Made by a program: the position numbers and the translations under genes. Below are positions 29,327-39,307 of a stretch of 64,000 nucleotides of DNA, in pieces (the stretch's first letter is position 1; the number at the start of each line of letters is the position of its first letter). Under the pieces are notes generated by a model, which had not been told where the DNA came from, ran no database searches, and saw only the letters and a program-made list of their open reading frames with translations. This stretch comes from an uncultured bacterium. Its GTDB lineage: Bacteria; Bacillota_I; Bacilli_A; RFN20; CAG-826. The stretch covers positions 262,129 through 326,128 of the forward strand of contig CASFZN010000018.1 of assembly GCA_949299195.1 (NCBI GenBank). Reading direction: 5' to 3'.

Positions 29327-29643
29327 AAAAAGTTACAGCAGGTAGAGACCAATTGAACGAATTTTCTCCTGATTTTGCCGAATTTAATGGTGATATTTTG
29401 TTTGGAAAAGTTTGGGCAAAAGAGAATGTAATTAGTCAAAAAACTAGGTCAATTTTAACCATTACAGTTTTAATTACTAGTGGAATTTTTGATTCATCTT
29501 TTGAACATCATATGCAAAATGCTAAAAATAACGGAGTATCAAAAAAAGAAATCGCGGATATTATCACACACATTGCTTTTTATACAGGTTTGCAAAAAGC
29601 CTGGGCCGCTTTTAGAGTTGCTAAAAAGATTTGGGAAGAATAA
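29323..29643 (+). CDS. Carboxymuconolactone decarboxylase-family protein
   Basis: TAGRDQL..F.PDFA..N..ILFG.VW, HIAFY.G..KAWAAF. Confidence 0.85.
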   Translation: MKKVTAGRDQLNEFSPDFAEFNGDILFGKVWAKENVISQKTRSILTITVLITSGIFDSSFEHHMQNAKNNGVSKKEIADIITHIAFYTGLQKAWAAFRVAKKIWEE

Positions 29644-29817
29644 TTAAGTTTATTATCACTTTTTTCTTTTTTTAATTCAAAAATTAACTAAATTTTTTAT
29701 ATTGTCCTTTTTAAAAGAAATAAATTGAGTTTTATCACTCGTTAAGGGCAGTATTAATTTGCGTACCATTATATATAATGGTAAAATATTCAAGATTTTT
29801 GAGGTTAAGAAAAAGAA

Positions 29818-32556
29818 ATGGGAAATGTTATTGATAAAATTTTTAGAGTAGATCAACGAATACTTAATAAATATAGAAAACAAGCAAAGAAGGTCATGGA
29901 TTTAGCTGATGATATGGCTAAATTAACTGATGACGAATTAAAACATAAGACTGTTGAATTTAAAGAAAGATTAGCAAAAGGACAAACCTTAGACGATATA
30001 AAAATCGAAGCTTTTGCTGTTTGTAGAGAAGCAGCAAAAAGAGTTTTAAACATGTATCCTTTCGAAGTTCAAATTATTGGTGGCTTAGTTTTACATGATG
30101 GCGAAATCGCTGAAATGAAAACTGGTGAAGGTAAAACTTTAACAGAAACTATGCCAACTTACTTAAATGCTTTAGAAGGAAAAGGCGTTCATATCGTTAC
30201 TGTTAACGAATACTTAGCACAAAGAGATGCTAACGAAATGGGTCAAATTTATCGTTGGTTAGGTTTAACAACCGGTGTTAACCTCCACGCTTTAACAAAC
30301 CCAGAGAAAAAACAAGCTCACGCATGCGATGTTACTTATACAATTAACTCTGAATTAGGTTTCGACTATCTTAGAGATAACATGGCTCCAACTGCTGAGC
30401 AAAGAGTTTTAAGACCTTTAAACTATGTTATTGTCGACGAAGCTGACTCTGTTTTAATCGATGAATCAAGAACTCCATTAATTATTTCTGGCGGATCCAA
30501 ATTCACCGCTACTCAATATCAAGTCGCAGATAGATTCTGTAAAATGCTTAGACCTTCAACTCCAGTTGATGAAGAATATAAAAACAAACATCCTGAATAT
30601 GTTCCAGATGGTGATTTTGAAATTGATGTAAAAACAAAATCTGTAAATCTTACCGATAAAGGTGTTGATAAAGCTGAACAAATGTTTGGTATTGAAAATC
30701 TTTATGCACCTCAATATCAAGAATTAGTTCATAGAATTCACCAAGCTTTAAAAGCAAACTATATCATGACTAGAGACGTTGAATATTTAGTTGATGATGA
30801 AGGTGAAATTCAACTTATTGATCAATTCACAGGCCGTGTTTTAAAGGGTAGAGAATATAGCGATGGCTTACAACAAGCTATTCAAGCGAAAGAAAATGTA
30901 AAAATTAAGGAAGAAACAACAACTTTAGCAACTATTACATATCAAAATTTCTTCAGATTATTCAAAAAACTTGCAGGTATGACTGGTACTGCAAAAACCG
31001 AAGAAGAAGAATTTAATAAGATTTATTCAATGAAAGTTGTTTGTATTCCTACAAATAGACCAGTTATAAGAAAAGACTTACCAGATTTAGTTTTTGCTAA
31101 TAAAGAAGCAAAAATGAAGGCTTTAGTTGAAGAAGTTAAAAAAGTTCATGCAACTGGACAACCAATCTTAATTGGCACACCTTCAGTCGAAGCTTCAGAA
31201 GAAGTTGCTGCTAGATTATCAAAAGCTGGATTAAGTTTTGAAATGATTAACGCTAAAAACCACTCTCGTGAAGCTGAAATTGTTGCTGATGCAGGTAAAT
31301 TGAATCACATTACTCTTGCAACAAACATGGCAGGTAGAGGTACCGATATTAAATTAACCCCTGAAACTAGAGAATTAGGTGGTCTTTATGTTTTTGGTTT
31401 TGAAAGACATGAATCACGAAGAATTGACAACCAATTAAGAGGACGTTCCGGTCGTCAAGGTGACCCAGGAACATCAAGATTCTTCGTTTCTTTAGATGAT
31501 GAATTAATGGTTAGATTTGCTAGTGATAGATTAAGAAATATGTTCTCTCAATTTGGCGATGAACCTATCGAAATGAGAATGTTAACTAATGCAATTACAG
31601 GCGCTCAAAAACGTATTGAAGGTCAAAACTTCGACGTCCGTAAATCATTGCTTGATTATGATGATGTTTTATCTAAACAAAGACATATTATGTATGCAAA
31701 AAGAGATCAAATCTTATTCGCTGCAGACATCGAAGACTTATTACTCGAACAATTTAAAGATTGTGGTAAAGCTTTAGCAAAAAGAGCAACTCAAAAAGAT
31801 GGCGCTTCTAATAGCGACGTTATTGATGGAACTGCATTAAAGAACCTTGCTACTCCTAGATTCCTTCCAGATGGTTCAATTAAACCTCAATTATGGGATG
31901 AAACTAGCGTTGAGGATGCAGCTGAAGATTTAACCGATCTTTTACTCGAAAACTATGAAAGCAAAAAGATTCAATGGGATAATCCAGATCTTGTTAAACG
32001 TTATGAAAGACAAATTTGTCTCCGTGTTATCGATAGAAACTGGACTCAACAAATTGATAATATGACAAGATTTAGAGAATCAGTTTCTTTAAGAGGATAT
32101 GCTCAAACTAACCCATTGCAAGATTATGTTAATGAAGGTTGGGCGTTATTTAGAGAAATGTTAGAAGTTATTTCATTAGAAGTTGTCTTAAATTTAATGA
32201 ACTTAAGAGTTGAAAAACGCGAAGAAAAGAAACAAGAATTTAACACTCAAATAGATGCTTCACAATCTCAAGAAGAAGCTAAGAAAGTAGTTGAGGAATC
32301 TAAAGAAACCGAAGGAATGAAAGTTTCTGTTAAAGAAGAAGGAGTAACTGATTCTGTTCCTCAAGCTCCAACTCCAGAAACTCCAAAAGTTTCTGAAACT
32401 ACTCCAACTATCGAAGAATCCTCGAAAGTTGAAGAACCAGTAAAAGAAGAGATTCCTCAAAAAGATGCTTCTAAGGCAAGTTTAAATATCTCTGATATTG
32501 ATAGCGATAAAGAAGCAGCTACAGAGCACGATTTTGATGATATTAGAACAAATTAA
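29818..32556 (+). CDS. secA: Preprotein translocase ATPase SecA
   Basis: EMKTGEGKT, IVDEADS, ATNMAGRGTDI, NQLRGRSGRQGDPG. Confidence 0.98.
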   Translation: MGNVIDKIFRVDQRILNKYRKQAKKVMDLADDMAKLTDDELKHKTVEFKERLAKGQTLDDIKIEAFAVCREAAKRVLNMYPFEVQIIGGLVLHDGEIAEMKTGEGKTLTETMPTYLNALEGKGVHIVTVNEYLAQRDANEMGQIYRWLGLTTGVNLHALTNPEKKQAHACDVTYTINSELGFDYLRDNMAPTAEQRVLRPLNYVIVDEADSVLIDESRTPLIISGGSKFTATQYQVADRFCKMLRPSTPVDEEYKNKHPEYVPDGDFEIDVKTKSVNLTDKGVDKAEQMFGIENLYAPQYQELVHRIHQALKANYIMTRDVEYLVDDEGEIQLIDQFTGRVLKGREYSDGLQQAIQAKENVKIKEETTTLATITYQNFFRLFKKLAGMTGTAKTEEEEFNKIYSMKVVCIPTNRPVIRKDLPDLVFANKEAKMKALVEEVKKVHATGQPILIGTPSVEASEEVAARLSKAGLSFEMINAKNHSREAEIVADAGKLNHITLATNMAGRGTDIKLTPETRELGGLYVFGFERHESRRIDNQLRGRSGRQGDPGTSRFFVSLDDELMVRFASDRLRNMFSQFGDEPIEMRMLTNAITGAQKRIEGQNFDVRKSLLDYDDVLSKQRHIMYAKRDQILFAADIEDLLLEQFKDCGKALAKRATQKDGASNSDVIDGTALKNLATPRFLPDGSIKPQLWDETSVEDAAEDLTDLLLENYESKKIQWDNPDLVKRYERQICLRVIDRNWTQQIDNMTRFRESVSLRGYAQTNPLQDYVNEGWALFREMLEVISLEVVLNLMNLRVEKREEKKQEFNTQIDASQSQEEAKKVVEESKETEGMKVSVKEEGVTDSVPQAPTPETPKVSETTPTIEESSKVEEPVKEEIPQKDASKASLNISDIDSDKEAATEHDFDDIRTN

Positions 32557-32567
32557 TTAAGGTATTT

Positions 32568-33672
32568 ATGGATTTATTAACGATTAAAACTGAAATTGAT
32601 AAAAAGGAAGAGTTACTAAAGTCTCTTGGTGGCTCACTTTGACAATGCTGAGATAGTCGCTAGAATTCAAGAAATTGATGAATTATCTTTAAAAGAAGAT
32701 TTTTATAGTAACCAAAAAGAAGCAAAAAAACTTATTTCTGAAAGAAATGAATTAAATGATTCCAGAAATAAATATTTAAATTTATTACATAAAATAGAAG
32801 AATTAAAATCCTTATCAGCTCTTTTAAACGAGGACGATCAGGATCTTTTTCTCTTATATAAAAATGAAGCTAGTGAAGTCTTTAAAGATATCGATGAACT
32901 TAGAAGAAAAACACTTTTTAATGAAGAATATGATAGTTTATCTGCTATTTTAGAGATTCATCCTGGGGCAGGAGGAACAGAAGCTTGTGATTGGGCTAAT
33001 ATGCTTTTAAGAATGTATGAAAGATACGCAGATAGGAAAAAATTCTCCTTCAAAATATTAGATTTCCTTCTAGGTGAAGAGGTAGGAGTTAAATCGGTTA
33101 CTTTATTAATCGAAGGAAAATACGCCTATGGTCTATTAAAAGGAGAAAAAGGGGTTCATAGACTCGTAAGAATCTCTCCTTTTGATGCAAATAAAAGAAG
33201 ACATACGTCTTTTGCAAGTGTTAATGTATATCCTAAGTTTGATGATTCAATAAATGTTATTATTAATCCAGTAGATTTAAAAATCGATACTTTTAGAAGT
33301 GGAGGAGCCGGCGGACAAAACGTTAATAAGGTTGAAACTGCCGTTAGAATTACTCATATTCCTACCAATATAGTAGTATCGTGTCAAATTGAAAGAACTC
33401 AATTAAAAAATAAAGAAATCGCGATGAATATGCTTAAATCTAAACTTTTCGAATTAGAAGAAGAAAAGAAGAAAGCTAAATTAAGCGGGATTATTGGAGC
33501 TCAAAAAAATATCGAATGGGGCTCACAAATTAGATCATATGTATTCTGTCCTTATACTTTGGTTAAAGATAATAGAACAAATTATGAAGACAATCAGGTC
33601 GATAAAGTTATGGATGGAAATATCGATGGTTTTATTGATTCATATTTAGAAATGAAAGGAGACAAGAAGTAA
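32568..33672 (+). CDS. prfB: Peptide chain release factor 2, +1 programmed frameshift at CTT-TGA-C (32637-32643)
   Basis: ATG 32568 gives [24 protein letters not shown] then TGA; +1 frame continues D-N-A-E with SPF and GGQ motifs; GGTGG SD-like element just 5' of the slip site. Confidence 0.96.
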
Positions 33673-34784
33673 TGGGAAAATTATTAAAGGGTAAATTAAC
33701 TTGGAAGAATGTAAGAAAACAACTTTTAAAAAGTTTAGTCGTTTTAATAGGAACATTTTTAGTCGCTTTTGGATCATCTACCTTCTTAGTTCCTTTTAAT
33801 ATTATTAGTGGAGGACTTTCGGGTCTAGGTATTATTTTAGAAACGTTCATTCCTATCGGAATTGATGTGATTATTTTGATTCTTACCTGGGTTTTATTCT
33901 TTTTAGGATTAATATTCTTAGGTCCTACATTTGCGGCGAATACGCTTATTTCTACGATATTTTATCCATTATTTGTATCGTTAGTTTTAAGAACAGGAAT
34001 GGGTGAATTCTTAGTCGAACTTTTAATTAATGAATCTGTTACTATCTCTACGACTGATGATGTTTTAACTCTTGTTGGTTTAGAAACTCTAGAAACTGGA
34101 CGATTAATTTTGTGTGGTTTAGTTGGAGGAGCACTAGTTGGTTTTGGAGTTGGTATTACCTTTATAGGGGGCGGATCAACTGGAGGAGTCGATATTTTAT
34201 GCTTTATCATCAATAAATTTACAGGTATTAAAGCTTCAACAATCACTTTCTTAATTGATGGCGGTATAGTTTTAGCCGGCTTAATTATGAATATTGTAAA
34301 TAAGTCTTCTTATGGAGTTTTAGCAAGTTTAGTCGGTGTTTTCTCAGCAGTTTTATCTTCAATTATGATTGAGTTTATCTATGTTAGACGACTTGGCGCA
34401 TATTATGTTGATGTTATTACCGATAAATATGATGAATTAAGAGATAGAGTAATTGAAAATTTAGATAGAAGTGTAACTATTTATGATGTAGTTGGTGGAT
34501 ATACAAATGAACCAAAAAAATGTGTAAGAATCATTTTTTCTCGTGATGAACTTATTAAAGTAAAGGATTTAATTGCAGAAATTGATAATGAGGCATTTAT
34601 GATAATTGGTGAGTGTCAAAATGTTAATGGAGAAGGTTTTACACCATTAAAATCTTCTAAAGAAAATACATTCTCTGATATTAAAAAATTAGTCAGCGAT
34701 ACAAAAACTGATGAAGATATAAAAGAAGAAGTTAAAAAGGATGATAATGTTGAGGAAATAGTAAGAAATAAAAATGGAAAGTAA
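33672..34784 (+). CDS. YitT-family membrane protein
   Basis: ISGGLSG, GGSTGGVDI, C-terminal GGYT..K..IDNEAF. Confidence 0.88.
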   Translation: MGKLLKGKLTWKNVRKQLLKSLVVLIGTFLVAFGSSTFLVPFNIISGGLSGLGIILETFIPIGIDVIILILTWVLFFLGLIFLGPTFAANTLISTIFYPLFVSLVLRTGMGEFLVELLINESVTISTTDDVLTLVGLETLETGRLILCGLVGGALVGFGVGITFIGGGSTGGVDILCFIINKFTGIKASTITFLIDGGIVLAGLIMNIVNKSSYGVLASLVGVFSAVLSSIMIEFIYVRRLGAYYVDVITDKYDELRDRVIENLDRSVTIYDVVGGYTNEPKKCVRIIFSRDELIKVKDLIAEIDNEAFMIIGECQNVNGEGFTPLKSSKENTFSDIKKLVSDTKTDEDIKEEVKKDDNVEEIVRNKNGK

Positions 34785-36756
34785 AAGTTTTGAACTAATT
34801 TCTAGATTTAAACCTACTGGTGATCAGCCACAAGCGATCGAATCCTTATATGATGGTTTAAAAAATAATAAGAAATTCCAAGTTTTATTAGGCGCAACTG
34901 GAACTGGAAAAACTTTTACTATGGCTAATGTTATATTAAAGCATCAAAAACCTACTTTAATTTTGGTACATAATAAAACTTTAGCTGCGCAACTTTATCA
35001 AGAATTCAAAGAACTCTTTCCTAATAATAGAGTCGAATACTTTGTTTCAAACTTTGATTTTTATCAACCTGAAGCTTATGTTGTTTCTTCAGATACATAT
35101 ATTGAAAAAAGCGCGATGATGAACGAAGAAATTGAAATGATGAGAGTTAGCGCAATTAACTCTATTGTTTCAAGAAGAGATACAATCGTTGTTGCTAGTG
35201 TTGCTTCCATTTATGGATTAACTGATCCTGAAGAGTATAAGAAATTAGTATTTGAAGTTAGAGTTGATGAAGAAATTGAGAAAAAATCTTTCTATAAAAA
35301 ATTAATCGATTCTCAATATAAAAGAAACGATATCGATTTAGTTCCTGGAAGATTTAGAGTAAGTGGCGACACTATTTCAATTATGGGAGCCAATAATAGA
35401 GATGATTACATTCGAATTGAATTATTTGGAGATACCGTTGAAGGTATTTATAAAGTTAATTATCTCACTGGCGAAATTATTGAAAATTATCACACTTTTT
35501 CTTTCTTTCCTGCTTATGACCACGCTTCTACCCAAGAAAGAATAAATAAGGCATGCGAATCCATCATGAGAGAACTTGAAGACCGCTTAACTTTTTTTAA
35601 AAAAGAAGGAAAACTTCTTGAATATGAAAGATTAAACATGAGAACTAGACAAGATGTTGAATCATTAAAGGAATTTGGAATGTGCCCAGGAATAGAAAAC
35701 TATTCTCGTCATATTGATGGAAGAAAGGAAGGAGAAAAACCATTCTGTTTAATGGATTATTTTCCAAAAGATTATTTGCTTATAATCGATGAATCTCACG
35801 CTTCAATTCCTCAAATTAGAGGTATGTTTAATGGCGATAGAAGTAGAAAAACAACTTTAGTCGAATATGGTTTTAGACTTCCTTCAGCTTTAGATAATAG
35901 GCCATTAAATTTCGAAGAATTTGAAAACGAATATAACCAAGTCATTTTTTCTAGCGCAACTCCTGGAGATTATGAACTTGAACTTGCTAATCATGAAGTA
36001 AGTGAACAAATTATCCGTCCTACTGGCTTACTTGATCCAAAAATTGACGTAAAACCTACCTTAGGGCAAATCGACGATCTTATTTTTGAAATTGAAAATC
36101 GAATTAAAAATAAAGAAAGAGTTATGGTAGTTACTTTAACCATTAGAATGGCTGAAGATTTAACTCAATATCTTAAAAATAAAGGTATAAAAACTGTATA
36201 TTTACATTCTGAATGTAAAACTTTAGAAAGAAGTGAGATTATTTATCAACTTCGTAAAGGTAAATATGATGTACTAGTAGGAATTAACCTTTTAAGAGAA
36301 GGATTAGATATTCCAGAAGTTTCTTTAATCGCTATTTTAGATGCTGATAAAGAAGGCTTCCTTAGAAGCGAAAGAAGTTTGATTCAAGTTGTTGGTAGAG
36401 CTGCTAGAAACGCTAATGGCAAAGCAATAATGTATGCTGATAAAATCACTGAAAGCATGGAAAAAGCTATCAAAGAAACCAATAGAAGAAGGTTAATTCA
36501 AGAAGAATATAACGAAGAAAACGGGATTATTCCTACTACAGTTTATAAAGAAATTGTCGATCCAATTCATGCAATATTACATGAAGAAAAAGATGACAAG
36601 TTATTTAATAAAAACGAAAAATTAACTCGTAAAGAAATAGAAACAAAAATCAAACAAGTTGAAAGCAAGATGAAACAAGCTGCCAACAAATTTGATTTTG
36701 AAAAAGCTATTGAATATCGAGAGATTTTAATGGAACTTAAAGAGATGTTAAGTTAA
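34774..36756 (+). CDS. uvrB: Excinuclease ABC subunit B
   Basis: PTGDQP, GATGTGKT, YQPEAY, DESH, DNRPL, GRAARN. Confidence 0.98.
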   Translation: MESKSFELISRFKPTGDQPQAIESLYDGLKNNKKFQVLLGATGTGKTFTMANVILKHQKPTLILVHNKTLAAQLYQEFKELFPNNRVEYFVSNFDFYQPEAYVVSSDTYIEKSAMMNEEIEMMRVSAINSIVSRRDTIVVASVASIYGLTDPEEYKKLVFEVRVDEEIEKKSFYKKLIDSQYKRNDIDLVPGRFRVSGDTISIMGANNRDDYIRIELFGDTVEGIYKVNYLTGEIIENYHTFSFFPAYDHASTQERINKACESIMRELEDRLTFFKKEGKLLEYERLNMRTRQDVESLKEFGMCPGIENYSRHIDGRKEGEKPFCLMDYFPKDYLLIIDESHASIPQIRGMFNGDRSRKTTLVEYGFRLPSALDNRPLNFEEFENEYNQVIFSSATPGDYELELANHEVSEQIIRPTGLLDPKIDVKPTLGQIDDLIFEIENRIKNKERVMVVTLTIRMAEDLTQYLKNKGIKTVYLHSECKTLERSEIIYQLRKGKYDVLVGINLLREGLDIPEVSLIAILDADKEGFLRSERSLIQVVGRAARNANGKAIMYADKITESMEKAIKETNRRRLIQEEYNEENGIIPTTVYKEIVDPIHAILHEEKDDKLFNKNEKLTRKEIETKIKQVESKMKQAANKFDFEKAIEYREILMELKEMLS

Positions 36757-36824
36757 AGAAATCGATAGACTTATGATTAAAATCATAATAAAATTATAAA
36801 AGACTTTTTGGAGGATTATTATTT

Positions 36825-37127
36825 ATGCAATGGTACGATTGGATTTTCTGGGTCATTTGCTTAATTATTATAGTATTAGGATTACTTCAAGGTGGTAAGA
36901 GTGAAGGTGCTTCCGGAGCTATTACTGGTGGTGGACTTAATGTCTTCGTTAAAACCAAAGAAAGAGGAAGCGAAAAAATTGTTTCTTATTTAACCCTTGG
37001 ATTTGGTATCGTCTTCTTATTCTTAGCTTTACTTTCAAGTGTATTAACAACTGGAAGTGGAACAAGCGATAGTGGAGATACAACAACAACTGCAATAAAT
37101 GTTATTAATTTTTTAACTTTATTCTAA
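36825..37127 (+). CDS. secG: Preprotein translocase subunit SecG
   Basis: LLQGGKSEGASGAITGG, K.RG; two TM helices plus Ser/Thr-rich tail. Confidence 0.88.
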   Translation: MQWYDWIFWVICLIIIVLGLLQGGKSEGASGAITGGGLNVFVKTKERGSEKIVSYLTLGFGIVFLFLALLSSVLTTGSGTSDSGDTTTTAINVINFLTLF

Positions 37128-37148
37128 AAATAATTAATTTATTAAGTT

Positions 37149-37189
37149 AAAAACCGCATTCTTATATAAACTCTGAATGCGGTTTTTTT
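37149..37189. terminator. Bidirectional intrinsic terminator between convergent genes
   Basis: AAAAACCGCATTC...GAATGCGGTTTTT. Confidence 0.75.
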
Positions 37190-37227
37190 ATTTCTTAATA
37201 AATAAATTTTAAAGTCTACTATTTTTC

Positions 37228-38241
37228 TTATTGAATTGGAGTTCTTAAGTATTTCATTGATAAATACATTGCTCTAAATCCATAACACATAACATAGAGT
37301 AATGTCATATAAGTGAAGGCTCCTCCCATTAAATAACCTATAATCATTGAAATAAGTGCAGGAGAGAGAGTGGAATGAAATCCAATACCCATACAGTGAT
37401 AGAACTTTAAGGTTCTATTTGGATTATTTTTGCCTCTACTCATAAGGAAGAAGATTAAAACAACAATTAAGGTAATACCAGCATTAACTCCTAAGATAAT
37501 TCCAGTATAAATTCCAACCGTTTGACCTCTAATGTCTAAATAACCTAAATCAGTAAATTCATAGAAATTAGATAAATAAACTTCACGTTTTTCACTAATT
37601 GGAGCATCGCTAGAAGAGATACCTTCTTTTATATAATCTTTAAAGGAAGAAATATCATCCATATGATTATATCCTCCAGTTGTAGCAGCAGTAGTTTGAA
37701 GGGTTGAAGGATTAATAACACTAATTTGATAAGTACTAGTTCCAAAGAAAATAGTAGATTGTAAATTAGGATTATTATCACGAATACTTGTAATTTGAGT
37801 ATTCATATCAGGATTACCTTCACTAGTATTTAAAAAATAAATATCAAGTCGATAATTAGAAGCACTATCAATATTATCTTTAGTATAGGTATAAACTAAA
37901 GAGTTGGTGCTATTTCCAACACTACTCATCTTATGATCAACAATAGTTAAATCGTTACTTTCAGTATCATCAACATAGGATAATAATGCTTCAGCAATAA
38001 TATCGTTACTAGTACCGCTAATAGCGCTTGAACCATTTCTTGTAGCTTCAGTTGTTAAAGTAGGAAGTGCAGAAATAAAAATAGAAACGAAGAATACTAA
38101 AATAGAAATTCCCCAATATCTAATACCTAATTCTTTACAAACGCCATTATTTATTAACGACCTAAGCCAAAAAGTAACTTTTGACCAATTAAATTTTTTC
38201 TTTTTTACATTTTTTTCAACTTTTACACTTTTTTTAGCCAT
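37228..38241 (-). CDS. Uncharacterised membrane protein with extracellular loop (DUF1189-like topology)
   Basis: One N-terminal TM, ~180-aa polar domain, three C-terminal TMs. Confidence 0.7.
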   Translation of the reverse strand: MAKKSVKVEKNVKKKKFNWSKVTFWLRSLINNGVCKELGIRYWGISILVFFVSIFISALPTLTTEATRNGSSAISGTSNDIIAEALLSYVDDTESNDLTIVDHKMSSVGNSTNSLVYTYTKDNIDSASNYRLDIYFLNTSEGNPDMNTQITSIRDNNPNLQSTIFFGTSTYQISVINPSTLQTTAATTGGYNHMDDISSFKDYIKEGISSSDAPISEKREVYLSNFYEFTDLGYLDIRGQTVGIYTGIILGVNAGITLIVVLIFFLMSRGKNNPNRTLKFYHCMGIGFHSTLSPALISMIIGYLMGGAFTYMTLLYVMCYGFRAMYLSMKYLRTPIQ

Positions 38242-38315
38242 TAATTTTTACCTCAATGCTTTAATAGTATATACTATTAAAGACATTTTTAAAATAAATT
38301 ATTTAGGGTAAAAAT

Positions 38316-38714
38316 ATGGATAAAAAATATCAAAAATGCATTCTTACAAATATGTGTATGGTCTATAAAAATGAGATGATTCTCGTGGTTAATAGGAAAA
38401 AGAGTGATTGGCCGGGAATTTCTTTTCCAGGAGGTCATGTTGAAAGTAATGAAACTATTTTAGAAAGCGTAATTAGAGAGATGAAAGAAGAAACTAATTT
38501 AGATATTAAAAACCCTAAATTATGCGGAATTTATGAATGGAAACGGGAAGAAACTAATCGTTATATTGGATTTTTATATAAAACTGATGAATTTGAAGGC
38601 GAATTAAAATCTAACGAAGAAGGAGAGCTTTTCTGGATTAATAAACATGATTTAAATAAATATGAATTAAGCCAAGATTTCGATGAATTATTTGAAATTA
38701 TGGATAAAAATTAA
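38316..38714 (+). CDS. NUDIX hydrolase (MutT-like)
   Basis: PGGHVESNETILESVIREMKEETNL Nudix box. Confidence 0.92.
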   Translation: MDKKYQKCILTNMCMVYKNEMILVVNRKKSDWPGISFPGGHVESNETILESVIREMKEETNLDIKNPKLCGIYEWKREETNRYIGFLYKTDEFEGELKSNEEGELFWINKHDLNKYELSQDFDELFEIMDKN

Positions 38715-38763
38715 CCTTAAATATCGATTTTTTAAATAAATCCCTATATAATTAAAAAAACCT

Positions 38764-39138
38764 GGGGATGTCTTGGTTTCGACATGAATGAATTGAGCAT
38801 TATACGCAGTGGAGTTGTGACCTAATCACTAAAAAATATCTGGCAACAGACAATCTTTAGCACTCGCTTGCTAGTTAATTACTAGTAATTGTTTATAGGC
38901 CATAAGGTTTGGCCTTTGAGTGACAGATAGTAGATTAACAGCTTCTTTAGTTTATTATCTGGAGTATTTAGAAGCTAGTTTAGATGATGATTATAGTCTA
39001 GATGAAGTTTATATAATCTATGGAATATTGAAATTTGTTACATTTAATAAATATTCTTAATTCTTTAAATATAACTAAACTGTAGAGGTAATGTGGGATT
39101 ATTTGTGGACCGGAGTTCAATTCTCCGCATCTCCACCA
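38764..39138 (+). ncRNA. ssrA: tmRNA
   Basis: 5' GGGGATGTCTTGGTTTCGAC; 3' GGAGTTCAATTCTCCGCATCTCCACCA with G3.U acceptor pair and encoded CCA; tag ORF 38842-38874 GNRQSLALAC*. Confidence 0.95.
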
Positions 39139-39216
39139 AGTACGTTTTATTCGATATTTATCGTTATTTTTAAATAAATATCGTATTAATATAAATTAAA
39201 AAAGAGGAAAAAGGAA

Positions 39217-39288
39217 ATGAATAAAATATCAAGATAAAAGGCATATAGTAGAAATCTAATTATGCCTAAAAAGAAAATTAAAAAATAA
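39217..39288 (+). promoter_or_regulatory. Putative leader uORFs and hairpin upstream of the ABC-F gene
   Basis: Purine-rich RBS then MNKISR* (39217-39237); hairpin AGGCATA/TATGCCT (39239-39267) sequesters the ATG of MPKKKIKK* (39262-39288). Confidence 0.35.
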
Positions 39289-39307
39289 GCTTGGAGGCGT
39301 AATAGTT

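Noticed and set aside
32626..33672. prfB start at 32626 as given
   Set aside because: True start is ATG 32568 with a +1 frameshift
35896..35904. AGG-to-Met reassignment (known in another Bacilli clade)
   Set aside because: AGG encodes the conserved Arg in UvrB DNRPL and sits at Arg-type sites elsewhere
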